Below, piece after piece: positions 51,706-60,752 of a stretch of 60,752 bases of DNA (position 1 is the stretch's first letter; each line of letters begins with the position of its first letter). The notes under the pieces were generated by a model. The model saw only the letters and a program-made list of their open reading frames with translations. It had not been told where the DNA came from and made no database searches. A program made the position numbers and the translations under genes. Source of the DNA: an uncultured Glaciecola sp. GTDB lineage: Bacteria > Pseudomonadota > Gammaproteobacteria > Enterobacterales > Alteromonadaceae. Where the stretch lies: contig CAYQMI010000004.1 in NCBI GenBank assembly GCA_964418575.1, positions 1 through 60,752 on the forward strand. The letters run 5' to 3'.

Positions 51706-52365
51706 CTAGCTTGACGATAATAACACTGGCATATCGGCCACTATTTGACCAACATCGCTTATCGCTAATTCTCCCGGCACATGCTTTGGTTTAAAGCGAC
51801 CGACAATATTGCCTGCGGGATTAATCACTACAACCGACGCACTATGATCCACCAAATAATTCGGGTTATCTGTACTTTCAGACAATGAATACATCATGCC
51901 CATGCTGCGCACCAGAGGGAAAAGCTGGGTATGCGGGCCGGTGCTTGCCACAAAATCGGGGTTAAAATAGTTGACGTATTCGTTTAAACGCTCAACCGTG
52001 TCGCGGTCTGGATCTACCGATAAAAACCAAATTTGTAAGGGCGTGTCTGTGACTTGCTCCTGCAGCTGAGGGTAGACGTTGTTTATTTCAGCTAAGGTGA
52101 CAGGGCAGATATCTGGGCAAAAGGTGTAGCCCACAAATGCAAGGGTCCATTTCCCCTCTAAATCTGCATTTGTCATACTTTCACCGTTGTGCTTTGAAAG
52201 AGAAAAATCTGTAAGGGCACGAGCTTGGGGATACCAGTTCAGGTATTCGGTTTGTTCTGATAAGGGTTTATTATCATCCATGCCTGGGGGCGCAATGGTA
52301 ATTGCTAAATAAACGCCTAAACCCAGTGAGGCGGCAGCGATCAGTCCAAGCCATTTTTGTTGCAT
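51706..52365 (-). CDS. SCO1/SenC copper chaperone
   Basis: GYTFCPDICP, SVDP.RD, YLVDHS. Confidence 0.93.
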   Translation of the reverse strand: MQQKWLGLIAAASLGLGVYLAITIAPPGMDDNKPLSEQTEYLNWYPQARALTDFSLSKHNGESMTNADLEGKWTLAFVGYTFCPDICPVTLAEINNVYPQLQEQVTDTPLQIWFLSVDPDRDTVERLNEYVNYFNPDFVASTGPHTQLFPLVRSMGMMYSLSESTDNPNYLVDHSASVVVINPAGNIVGRFKPKHVPGELAISDVGQIVADMPVLLSSS

Positions 52366-52442
52366 GAATATGTACCTCTTTGATTGTTACTTGCTATAAA
52401 AGCTTAACAGTTAATGCTTAGCTTAAATAACCTGAATCCTGT

Positions 52443-53339
52443 TTAAATATAATGATCAACCAACAGTAATACAAACAGTAACATTAAATGAAGTATTGAA
52501 AACTTAAAAGTATCCATAGCAGTGGATGCTTCAGGCTTGAATTTAAGTTTAATTGCCATGTACATGAAATAAGCATTTAACAAAGACGAGCCGAGTAAAT
52601 AAACGCCGCCACTCATACCTGTTAAATAGGGCAATAAACACACTGCACAAAGCAACAAGGTATAAAGCAATACGCACGTTTTCGTAAATTCTATGCCGTG
52701 CGTATTGGGCAACATCGGAATCTTAGCCTTTGCATAGTCTTTCTCGCGATGAATGGCAAGGGCCCAAAAGTGGGGTGGTGTCCACGTAAATACGATTAAG
52801 ACGAGCAACAATCCGTAAGCGTGTATTTCACCAGTTACCGCAGTCCAACCGAGTAATGGTGGTGCTGCGCCTGCTAAGCCGCCTATAACGATATTTTGAG
52901 GTGTAGCACGCTTTAAATACATGGTGTAAACGACCGCGTAACCAACCAGGCTAGCGAGAGTGAGCCAAGCGGTAAGCATATTCACGAATGCTGCCAGTGC
53001 AACAAAACCGATTAAACCTAAGGCAAAAGCAAAAATGAGCGCGCGTTTTACCGATACCTTGCCTTTTGCTACAGGGCGATTAAAAGTTCTTGCCATGATG
53101 CTGTCGATACGATGATCAACCACATGATTTATCACCGCGGCTGCCGATGACAATAAGCCAATACCCAACATACCCGCACTTAAAATTACTGGGTCTACCC
53201 AAGTAGAGGTCGCTAGGCACATTCCAACTAAAGCAGTTAGCAAAAGCAGCATGACCACTCGCGGCTTGGTTAGCTCATAGTAATCGCGCCAAGTAGCACC
53301 CGAAGCAATTTTCGTCGCAGTCGCGATAGTCTTACTCAC
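52443..53339 (-). CDS. cyoE: Protoheme IX farnesyltransferase
   Basis: [22 protein letters not shown]. Confidence 0.96.
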   Translation of the reverse strand: MSKTIATATKIASGATWRDYYELTKPRVVMLLLLTALVGMCLATSTWVDPVILSAGMLGIGLLSSAAAVINHVVDHRIDSIMARTFNRPVAKGKVSVKRALIFAFALGLIGFVALAAFVNMLTAWLTLASLVGYAVVYTMYLKRATPQNIVIGGLAGAAPPLLGWTAVTGEIHAYGLLLVLIVFTWTPPHFWALAIHREKDYAKAKIPMLPNTHGIEFTKTCVLLYTLLLCAVCLLPYLTGMSGGVYLLGSSLLNAYFMYMAIKLKFKPEASTAMDTFKFSILHLMLLFVLLLVDHYI

Positions 53340-53391
53340 AAGTACTCTCCTTTTTGCACTAGCAAATTATTCATAAAATTATCTTTCTTCG

Positions 53392-54375
53392 TCAATACTT
53401 TCGATACATGGTGTATGTGATCAACACCATTACCAGCAACAAACAGGCCGCTACCGCGTTGTGCATAGTTGCAACAGTAAGAGGTAACATAAACACAACG
53501 TTACTTACTCCTAATCCAACTTGAACCGCCAGCACGCCGAGCATCACAAGCGCAAGCTTTTTAATCAAAGCTGAACTTGCGCGTTTGAAGCACGCAAAAG
53601 CAAACCAGCATAAATAGGCAACGGTAATGATGGCGCCAAATCGATGCAATACATGCATGGTTACTCGCTCTTCGTAACTATGCACACCATATTCATAACT
53701 TTCTGCTGCCGGAATTGAGAATGCTCCAGCGAAATCTAGGCGTGAAACCCAATCCCCCTCACAAATCGGTAATTCCGTACAGGCTAATGAAGCATAGTTT
53801 GCCGATGTCCAACCCCCAAGCGCAATTTGCCATACCACTATGGCTATGCCTATGACAGCATATTTGGCTAAAGGCCTAATTTGATTGTCGCCGCCGGGTA
53901 TGCGGTAGGGCGTCATGCGTAAATATAAAATGAATAGGCAAGACAGCACAGTAAAGCCGCCTAAAAGATGCGCCATTACTATAACGGGCAGTAGGTTAAG
54001 CGTTACCGTCCACATTCCAAGCATACCTTGGAAACTGACTAACAGTAATAACAAAATAGGCAACTTCAGCGGTGCGATTTTTCCTTTCGACCGATTAACA
54101 ATAGCAGCAATGGCAATTAATAAGATGATAAAGCCTAAACCAGCCGCAAAGTAGCGATGGATCATTTCGTTCCATGCTTTTTCAGCCTCAACCGGACGTT
54201 CAGGGAATGCTTGGTTTGCGGCTTCAATGTGATGTTCGGCCTGCGGAACTAACACATGACCATAACATCCAGGCCAATCAGGGCAACCTAAGCCTGCGTC
54301 TGTTAAGCGCGTGTAGGCTCCAAGAACAATAACAAACAAGGCTAAAAAAATGCTTATTAGCACTAGCTTTTTCAT
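53392..54375 (-). CDS. ctaA: Heme A synthase (COX15/CtaA)
   Basis: TRLTDAGLGCPDWPGC, EMIHR, His-bearing TM helices. Confidence 0.93.
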   Translation of the reverse strand: MKKLVLISIFLALFVIVLGAYTRLTDAGLGCPDWPGCYGHVLVPQAEHHIEAANQAFPERPVEAEKAWNEMIHRYFAAGLGFIILLIAIAAIVNRSKGKIAPLKLPILLLLLVSFQGMLGMWTVTLNLLPVIVMAHLLGGFTVLSCLFILYLRMTPYRIPGGDNQIRPLAKYAVIGIAIVVWQIALGGWTSANYASLACTELPICEGDWVSRLDFAGAFSIPAAESYEYGVHSYEERVTMHVLHRFGAIITVAYLCWFAFACFKRASSALIKKLALVMLGVLAVQVGLGVSNVVFMLPLTVATMHNAVAACLLLVMVLITYTMYRKY

Positions 54376-54396
54376 AAATGCGTAACTTCCTGTGAC

Positions 54397-54957
54397 TTAA
54401 CCTATGCGCGAAAGCTTAAGCAGCTTTTTCATATCCGCTAGCATGTCGCGGCTGTCCATAATGGTCTGCTCTTCGTCTGCTGTGGTTGGATAATTTAGCA
54501 CGATATTGTTTAAAGTATCTGCGATAAAAATAGCATTTAAAGGCACATCTTTAAACACTTTATTTACATTTTGCTTGGCTTTTTGTAACACTTGCGTATC
54601 GTTGATGTCAGCAATTTTTGCCAGCGCGTTTTTATCGCTTTCTTCGGTTGCAATAAACACCGCATTTACTCTATCTACTTCCCTTCCAATGGCTGTTTTT
54701 ACTTGACTCACGCTATAAATCGCATTTTCACAAGCCTGGTCACAAACCGCGGGGATCACATATAAGAAATGCCATTTTTTTTCAGCGCCTTCTAGTAGTT
54801 CCTGCGCTTCGATTGTAGGGTCTAGTAGCTCACCTCTGTTTGTTGAGGCTTTGTTGAACCAATCTAACTCTAACGCAAACTTAGCCATGATGACCGGAAC
54901 TATAAATACCACTGCGAGCAAAATTAGAACTGTTTTGTTGCTTTTATTACTAGACAT
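54397..54957 (-). CDS. Cytochrome oxidase-associated membrane protein
   Basis: N-terminal TM, NRGELL, CxxxC, DMKKLLKLS; conserved position in cox clusters. Confidence 0.8.
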   Translation of the reverse strand: MSSNKSNKTVLILLAVVFIVPVIMAKFALELDWFNKASTNRGELLDPTIEAQELLEGAEKKWHFLYVIPAVCDQACENAIYSVSQVKTAIGREVDRVNAVFIATEESDKNALAKIADINDTQVLQKAKQNVNKVFKDVPLNAIFIADTLNNIVLNYPTTADEEQTIMDSRDMLADMKKLLKLSRIG

Positions 54958-54960
54958 AAA

Positions 54961-55677
54961 TTAACTTCGACGCCCCTGCATAGATTTCATAATTGTAAGT
55001 AAAAATACGGTTAAGCCCGCAATTCCTAAACCAAACCACTGTATCGCATAACCAAGATGTTTCTCTGGTGCCATAACAACCACTTGCCAGTCTCTAATAA
55101 AATTAGCGTCTTGTGAAGGCGCTACCCTGAGGGTAAAAGGCAGTACATCCTGACCGAGATGTTTTTCAATTTCGGTAAAATCAATCTGCTGTATCAACAC
55201 TGGAAACCGTCCATAGTTGAAATTAGTTTCAGATATCATGACATTATCGCTTGGCACATATACTTGTCCATGGTGCTCTGTGCCCGTTGGCAATAGAACA
55301 CGCGGAAGCACGCTTCTGTCGCCAGTGCCCGGCACCCAACCAAGATTCACAAGCACCACACCAAAATTACTTTCTACCCACGACATCACTTCGTAGCCAG
55401 CCATGCCGTTTTTTAATCGATTATCAATAAAAAAAAGCTTATCGCTCAATTCGCCCGTAACAACTAATGGAAAGTCAACGAATTGCTCTGGCGCATTGGC
55501 AACATCCGCAACATAAAGTGGATTAGCAGACTTTCGTTGCTCAATTTGAGCGAGGCGTTCTTCTTTTTGCGCTTTACGATCTAATTGCCAAAAACCTAAG
55601 AAAAACATGATGACAATACAGCTAATAGCAACTATGGTAAAAAACATAGCTAGCTTGTTCATACCGCGAAACAACAT
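54961..55677 (-). CDS. SURF1 family protein
   Basis: LGFWQLDR, LVNLGWV, HLGYAIQWF. Confidence 0.93.
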   Translation of the reverse strand: MLFRGMNKLAMFFTIVAISCIVIMFFLGFWQLDRKAQKEERLAQIEQRKSANPLYVADVANAPEQFVDFPLVVTGELSDKLFFIDNRLKNGMAGYEVMSWVESNFGVVLVNLGWVPGTGDRSVLPRVLLPTGTEHHGQVYVPSDNVMISETNFNYGRFPVLIQQIDFTEIEKHLGQDVLPFTLRVAPSQDANFIRDWQVVVMAPEKHLGYAIQWFGLGIAGLTVFLLTIMKSMQGRRS

Positions 55678-55707
55678 GCTAATTGACCATCCTAAGGAGC
55701 GTTTAAT

Positions 55708-55917
55708 ATGTTAGTGGTAAAAATCACTATTGGAGCATTGCTCCTGTTCATGATTTTCAATTTATTTAAAGCAATGAAGGTCATGCTAAAAGGCGAACAA
55801 CAAGAGCCAATGAGTAAGTTTATTGGCCGACGGGTGATAGCATCAGTTGTCATCGTTTTACTGATTCTGATAGCTGTTGCCACAGGGGTTATTACCCCAA
55901 ACCCTCGGCCTTATTAG
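55708..55917 (+). CDS. DUF2909-like small membrane protein
   Basis: Two TM segments, MSKFIGRRV, PNPRPY; antisense within the cox cluster; AAGGAG RBS. Confidence 0.82.
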   Translation: MLVVKITIGALLLFMIFNLFKAMKVMLKGEQQEPMSKFIGRRVIASVVIVLLILIAVATGVITPNPRPY

Positions 55918-55948
55918 CTTAAAGAGCGCTGCCCTTTAAGCTTTTCAC

Positions 55949-56845
55949 TTATAAAATATATACGAAGAAGAACAACATCACCCAAACAACGTCGACAAAG
56001 TGCCAATACCAAGCTCCAGCCTGGAACGCAAAATGCTCTTTAGGCGTAAAGTGACCCTTCAACACACGTAAGAACAAAACGATCAGAATAATTGTTCCTA
56101 AGGTTACATGGAGTCCGTGGAAGCCTGTCAGTAAGAAGAATGTATTGCCATAAACACCGCTTTGTAAGGTCAGCCCTAAGTCACGATATGCGTGAACATA
56201 CTCATATACTTGTAAGGACAAAAAGATAGCGCCTAATAAAATAGTTAACCCGAGCATCCACGCTAGTTGTTTACGTTTGTTATCTTCAAGGCCTGTATGG
56301 GCAAAATGCAGAGTAACTGAGGACACCAACAAAATAACGGTATTGATTAGCGGCAATCCATACCAACCCATCGGTGTGGTTTCAACGCCACCTGGTGTAG
56401 TTGTTAAGGGCCACATTGCTTCAAAAGTAGGCCAAAGCACTTCATTTGTCATCGCATTGTTGGATGCGCCTCCAAGCCACGGAACCGCAATGGTACGTGC
56501 GTAGAACAAAGCGCCGAAAAAGGCCGCAAAGAACATAACTTCAGAAAAGATAAACCAAGCCATACCTTGACGATATGAACGACCAAGCTGTGCGCTATAT
56601 AAACCGCTCATAGACTCATCAATTTGGTTTTTAAACCAGCCGAAAACCATCACGGTGAGCATAACTAAGCCAGCGAGCAATACGTACCCACCAATGCCAG
56701 TTTTGTCTCGAGTGACCTCAACTACATAGTTCGCCGCGCCTACAGCAATTAAAAATAAAGCGACAGCGCCTACAATAGGCCATACGCTTTGTGCGGGTAC
56801 ATAGTACTTTTGGTACTCTTCGGGTGCTTGTGCTTGTTCAGCCAT
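55949..56845 (-). CDS. coxC: Cytochrome c oxidase subunit III
   Basis: FIFSEVMFF, TGFHGLHV, WYWHFVDVVW. Confidence 0.96.
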   Translation of the reverse strand: MAEQAQAPEEYQKYYVPAQSVWPIVGAVALFLIAVGAANYVVEVTRDKTGIGGYVLLAGLVMLTVMVFGWFKNQIDESMSGLYSAQLGRSYRQGMAWFIFSEVMFFAAFFGALFYARTIAVPWLGGASNNAMTNEVLWPTFEAMWPLTTTPGGVETTPMGWYGLPLINTVILLVSSVTLHFAHTGLEDNKRKQLAWMLGLTILLGAIFLSLQVYEYVHAYRDLGLTLQSGVYGNTFFLLTGFHGLHVTLGTIILIVLFLRVLKGHFTPKEHFAFQAGAWYWHFVDVVWVMLFFFVYIL

Positions 56846-56847
56846 GT

Positions 56848-57480
56848 TTATCTCCGTTGACTGTTATTCATTGCCACCACCTCTGCTGTATCAGCATTCT
56901 CAGTAATGTCATATAAAGTGTATTGCAGAGTGAAAAAGCTTATATCTTCTGGTAGCTGTGGGTCGATGTAAAAGGTCATGGGCATCACCGCTTCCTCACC
57001 GGCCTTTAATGGCTGATGTTTAAAGCAAAAACACTCGGTTTTATTTACATACAAGGCCGCAGTACCAGGTGAAACAGAAGGAATAGCCTGTGCAATGATG
57101 TCTCTTTTAGCAGGATTTCGAACATAAAACGAAACTTCGCTCATTTCACCTGGATTAACTTCCACGCGTTTGGTTTGCGCAGTAAATTCCCAAGGCATGC
57201 CGCTGTTTGTTCGCGTAATAAAATCAACGGTAATTGTGCGCGTAGTGTCTATCTCAACCGCTTCGTATACCGCAGCTTGGTCGCTTGTTTTACCGTTTAT
57301 ACCGGTAATATCACAAAATACTTCGTACAGCGGCACAAGCGCAAAACCAAAACCAAACATACCCACTACAACTGCCAAAAGCTTAATTACTGATTTGCTG
57401 TGACTATGCGGGGCCGTTTTTACAACCGACGCGCTTGAAGCCGCGCCGGATGTAGTAGTGTTGTTTTGCTCGCCTGACAT
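56848..57480 (-). CDS. ctaG: Cytochrome c oxidase assembly protein Cox11/CtaG
   Basis: VPLY.VFC..TG, KTECFCF. Confidence 0.95.
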   Translation of the reverse strand: MSGEQNNTTTSGAASSASVVKTAPHSHSKSVIKLLAVVVGMFGFGFALVPLYEVFCDITGINGKTSDQAAVYEAVEIDTTRTITVDFITRTNSGMPWEFTAQTKRVEVNPGEMSEVSFYVRNPAKRDIIAQAIPSVSPGTAALYVNKTECFCFKHQPLKAGEEAVMPMTFYIDPQLPEDISFFTLQYTLYDITENADTAEVVAMNNSQRR

Positions 57481-57505
57481 CTTCTATATTTCCTAGGTCA
57501 TCTTA

Positions 57506-59116
57506 CTACTTGATCACAGGCGGAGTATCGAAAGTGTGATAAGGCGCTGGGGAAGGAATTTCCCATTCTAGCCCTTCAGCACCGTCCCATACCTGAGAAG
57601 ACACCTTCTCACCTTGATGACGACAAGCTTTGATAACTAATGCCAAGAAGATTAACTGCGACAGTCCAAATGCAAAACCGCCGATGCTGATCCACTTGTT
57701 GAAATCTGCAAACTGGAGCGCGTAATCAGGAATACGACGTGGCATTCCGGCCAAGCCAACAAAGTGCATTGGGAAGAACAGCACGTTAACTGAAATCAAT
57801 GAACACCAGAAATGCAATTTTGCTAATTTAATATCAAACATGCGCCCGGTCCACTTGGGTAACCAGTAATACACTGCCGCCATGATTGAGAATATTGCAC
57901 CTGTTACCAATACGTAGTGGAAGTGGGCGACAACAAAGTAGGTATCGTGATATTGGAAATCTACTGGCACAATCGCTAGCATCAAGCCTGACAAACCACC
58001 AATGGTAAACAAGACTATAAACGCGATAGCAAATAGCATCGGCACTTCAAACGAAATACTACCGCGCCACATAGTTGCAACCCAGTTAAATACTTTTACG
58101 CCCGTTGGTACCGCGATAATCATGGTCGCAATCATAAAGAACATCTCGGCCACCACTGGCATACCCGTGGTAAACATATGGTGCGCCCATACGATAAACG
58201 AAAGCAGAGCAATCGACGCCGTTGCATATACCATGGATGCATAACCAAATAGTTTCTTACGGGAGAAGGTAGGCACAATTTGCGAGATAATGCCGAAGGC
58301 AGGCAAAATCATGATGTAAACCTCGGGGTGACCAAAGAACCAGAAGATATGCTGGAACAATACAGGGTCGCCGCCACCGGCAGCATCAAAGAAGCTAGTG
58401 CCGAAGTACTTGTCGGTAAGTACCATTGTTACCACGCCTGCTAATACCGGCATAACAGCAATAAGCAAAAACGCAGTAATCAACCAAGTCCATACAAACA
58501 AAGGCATTTTCATGTAGGTCATGCCTGGAGCACGCATGTTGAATATGGTCACAATGACGTTTATCGCACCCATTATTGAGCTAATACCCATAATATGAAC
58601 CGAAAACACGAACAACGCTGTGCTGTCTCCGCTATAAGTTGTAGAAAGTGGTGCGTAAAAAGTCCAGCCAAAAGCAGGGCCTCCACCTTCAACAAACAAT
58701 GAAGCCAAAAGAATCAAGAACGCGAAAGGTAGGATCCAGAAACTCCAGTTGTTCATGCGTGGTAATGCCATATCTGGCGCACCAATCATCATTGGCACTA
58801 GCCAGTTAGCTAAGCCGGTAAAGGCTGGCATCACGGCACCAAATACCATGATCAAACCGTGAACCGTGGTCATCTGGTTAAAGAAGTTAGGCTCTACAAT
58901 CTGTAAGCCTGGCTGAAATAGTTCTGCGCGAATAACCATCGCCATCGCGCCGCCCACCAAAAACATGATGAATGCGAACCATAAATATAATGTACCAATA
59001 TCTTTGTGGTTGGTTGTTAACAACCAACGCATAATGCCCTTAGGTGCACCATGATGATGGTCGTCGTGACCTTCATGTGAATCTGGGGCGTGTGCAGTAT
59101 CTGTTACGCTCGACAT
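57506..59116 (-). CDS. coxA: Cytochrome c oxidase subunit I
   Basis: [32 protein letters not shown]. Confidence 0.98.
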   Translation of the reverse strand: MSSVTDTAHAPDSHEGHDDHHHGAPKGIMRWLLTTNHKDIGTLYLWFAFIMFLVGGAMAMVIRAELFQPGLQIVEPNFFNQMTTVHGLIMVFGAVMPAFTGLANWLVPMMIGAPDMALPRMNNWSFWILPFAFLILLASLFVEGGGPAFGWTFYAPLSTTYSGDSTALFVFSVHIMGISSIMGAINVIVTIFNMRAPGMTYMKMPLFVWTWLITAFLLIAVMPVLAGVVTMVLTDKYFGTSFFDAAGGGDPVLFQHIFWFFGHPEVYIMILPAFGIISQIVPTFSRKKLFGYASMVYATASIALLSFIVWAHHMFTTGMPVVAEMFFMIATMIIAVPTGVKVFNWVATMWRGSISFEVPMLFAIAFIVLFTIGGLSGLMLAIVPVDFQYHDTYFVVAHFHYVLVTGAIFSIMAAVYYWLPKWTGRMFDIKLAKLHFWCSLISVNVLFFPMHFVGLAGMPRRIPDYALQFADFNKWISIGGFAFGLSQLIFLALVIKACRHQGEKVSSQVWDGAEGLEWEIPSPAPYHTFDTPPVIK

Positions 59117-59128
59117 GTGCTTACTCTC

Positions 59129-60274
59129 CTACTGGCCATTCATAATGGCGTTGACATCTTTTGCTTGAACCATCTCACCTGTGTTGTTGCCCCAAGCGTT
59201 ACGCTGATAGGTAACAACTGCGGCAATTTCAGACATGGTTAACTGTTTTGAAAACGACTGCATGGCGGTTCCCGCTTTACCGTACACGATGATATCGATA
59301 TGCGCCTGTTGATCTTCCGTGGCAATCTTAGAGCCTTTAATTGCAGGGAAAACACCCGCCAAACCTTCACCGTTAGGCATATGACAAGCTGCACAAACCG
59401 CTTCATAAACACGCTTACCGTCGGTCATTAGCTCTTCCATCGACATATTCATCGCAAGTAAGCGCTGCTCTTCTTCTTTAGCACGAAGTGCAATCGCTTC
59501 CTGCTCTTCAATCCAAGCTTCATATTCAGCTGGGTCCTTCGCAATTACAACGATAGGCATGAAGCCATGATCTTTACCACATAGCTCAGCACACTGCCCG
59601 CGATATACACCAGGCTCGTTCACATTCGTCCACGCTTCATTTATAAAGCCAGGGTTAGCATCTTTTTTAACGGCAAAGTCGGGCACCCACCAAGAGTGAA
59701 TGACATCATCAGAGGTTATTAGAAAACGAACTTTTTGGCCGGTAGGAATGACTAAGGGACGGTCAACTTCTAATAAGTAATTTTCGCCTTTTGTGAATTT
59801 ATTGCGAATTTGCTCTTGCTGCGTCGCTAGTGTTGAGAAGAACTCAACATCATTATCCATGTATTTGTAGTGCCACTTCCACTGAGAGCCTGTCACTAAA
59901 ACCGTGATATCGGGTTTAGATACATCCTCCATTTCAATGAGGGTGTTAGCTGCAGGCACCGCCATAGCAATCAGAATTAAAAAGGGTACAACGGTCCACG
60001 CAATCTCAACTTTTACGTTCTCATGAAAATGAGCAGGCTTAACACCCTTAGATTTGCGGTGTTTTACCATCGAGTAGAACATAACGCCAAATACCAGCAC
60101 CGCAATCGCAATACAGATATAGAACATCATCATATGTAAACCATATACCTGCTGACTAATATCAGTTACACCAGGGCGAAGGTTTAAATCAGAGCGTTCT
60201 GTAGCACTCGTAGCAAGTGATAACATGGGTGTACTCATTAACAGAGTACCTAAAGCAATTTGCAGCGACTTCAC
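59129..60274 (-). CDS. coxB: Cytochrome c oxidase subunit II with C-terminal cytochrome c domain
   Basis: DVIHSW, CAELCGKDH CuA site, CAACH heme motif. Confidence 0.97.
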   Translation of the reverse strand: MKSLQIALGTLLMSTPMLSLATSATERSDLNLRPGVTDISQQVYGLHMMMFYICIAIAVLVFGVMFYSMVKHRKSKGVKPAHFHENVKVEIAWTVVPFLILIAMAVPAANTLIEMEDVSKPDITVLVTGSQWKWHYKYMDNDVEFFSTLATQQEQIRNKFTKGENYLLEVDRPLVIPTGQKVRFLITSDDVIHSWWVPDFAVKKDANPGFINEAWTNVNEPGVYRGQCAELCGKDHGFMPIVVIAKDPAEYEAWIEEQEAIALRAKEEEQRLLAMNMSMEELMTDGKRVYEAVCAACHMPNGEGLAGVFPAIKGSKIATEDQQAHIDIIVYGKAGTAMQSFSKQLTMSEIAAVVTYQRNAWGNNTGEMVQAKDVNAIMNGQ

Positions 60275-60653
60275 ACTTAACTCCCGAAATGAAGGTTGAC
60301 ACTTAAAAACCGTTGTTGGTTATTTCAAATAATTGTAAATAGAAATATCTAGACAATGTCATCCAATGTTATTGGTTTGTGAATAACTGTATAATGATTA
60401 ATCAAAGAAAAGCTTACGTCTAGTACTTTCGAAGAAAAACCGTGCAATCAGTTCGATTTTTCCGAGAGTTTGCTGTTTTTTTAGTCAGAATGGAAATAAA
60501 AGTGTGAATTTTAATCGTTGTATTGTGAATTGAATGTTACACATTTAGCAGCGAATGCGATTAGCAAAGAAAAAGCGCCTAACGTTTACGCGCGTCGCTT
60601 TTCTTAAAAAGGTTGATAAGCTTTAAAACATGAAGCTTATAAACTTGATTGAT

Positions 60654-60752
60654 TAGGGCGTGTTGATCTTTGCTGTATGATTTTGCAGCAGTTTGTGCGT
60701 AATTTAGACAAAGAAGCGTGATTGCAGTGTAGTCATCTACATAAAATTACGC
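60654..60752 (+). mobile_element. Probable MITE-like intergenic repeat, truncated at window end
   Basis: Begins TAGGGCGTGTTGATCTTTG, an end sequence I recall from multicopy non-autonomous repeats of marine gammaproteobacteria; the second end is not in the window. Confidence 0.5.

Noticed and set aside
344-58244. Short antisense or overlapping ORFs in the track (e.g. 344-544, 19330-19968, 11525-11872)
   Set aside because: They shadow well-supported genes and show no recognisable motifs.

Overview
This is a core chromosomal window of a marine gammaproteobacterium (Alteromonadaceae/Glaciecola-like, inferred from gene order). It carries a truncated receiver-domain gene, aroQ-accB-accC, prmA-dusB-fis, purH-purD, a lone Y1/HUH (RAYT-like) transposase, prkB, ompR-envZ, hslO/hslR, a gspC-N type II secretion operon, yjjX-yrfG/nudE-cysQ, yheUTS-yheV-slyX-fkpA, greB-tex, bioH/comF, nfuA, peptidases and an aa3-type cytochrome c oxidase cluster, and ends in a probable MITE-like repeat. 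The unexplained signal is a short motif, G(A/G)GGACACCCAA. I count by eye 29 exact GGACACCC copies between 1.9 and 45.3 kb, 26 of them with the AA extension. They lie in intergenic DNA, inside genes in four different reading frames, and in apparent insertions in dispensable protein regions. They form six clusters in which + copies lie left and - copies lie right. Several clusters show a local C/A-to-G/T strand-skew switch and adjacent DnaA boxes, and one cluster brackets the HUH gene. Together this suggests an undescribed polar DNA-processing system (local nicking, unwinding or DNA synthesis). The function is inference; counts and skews need computational confirmation.
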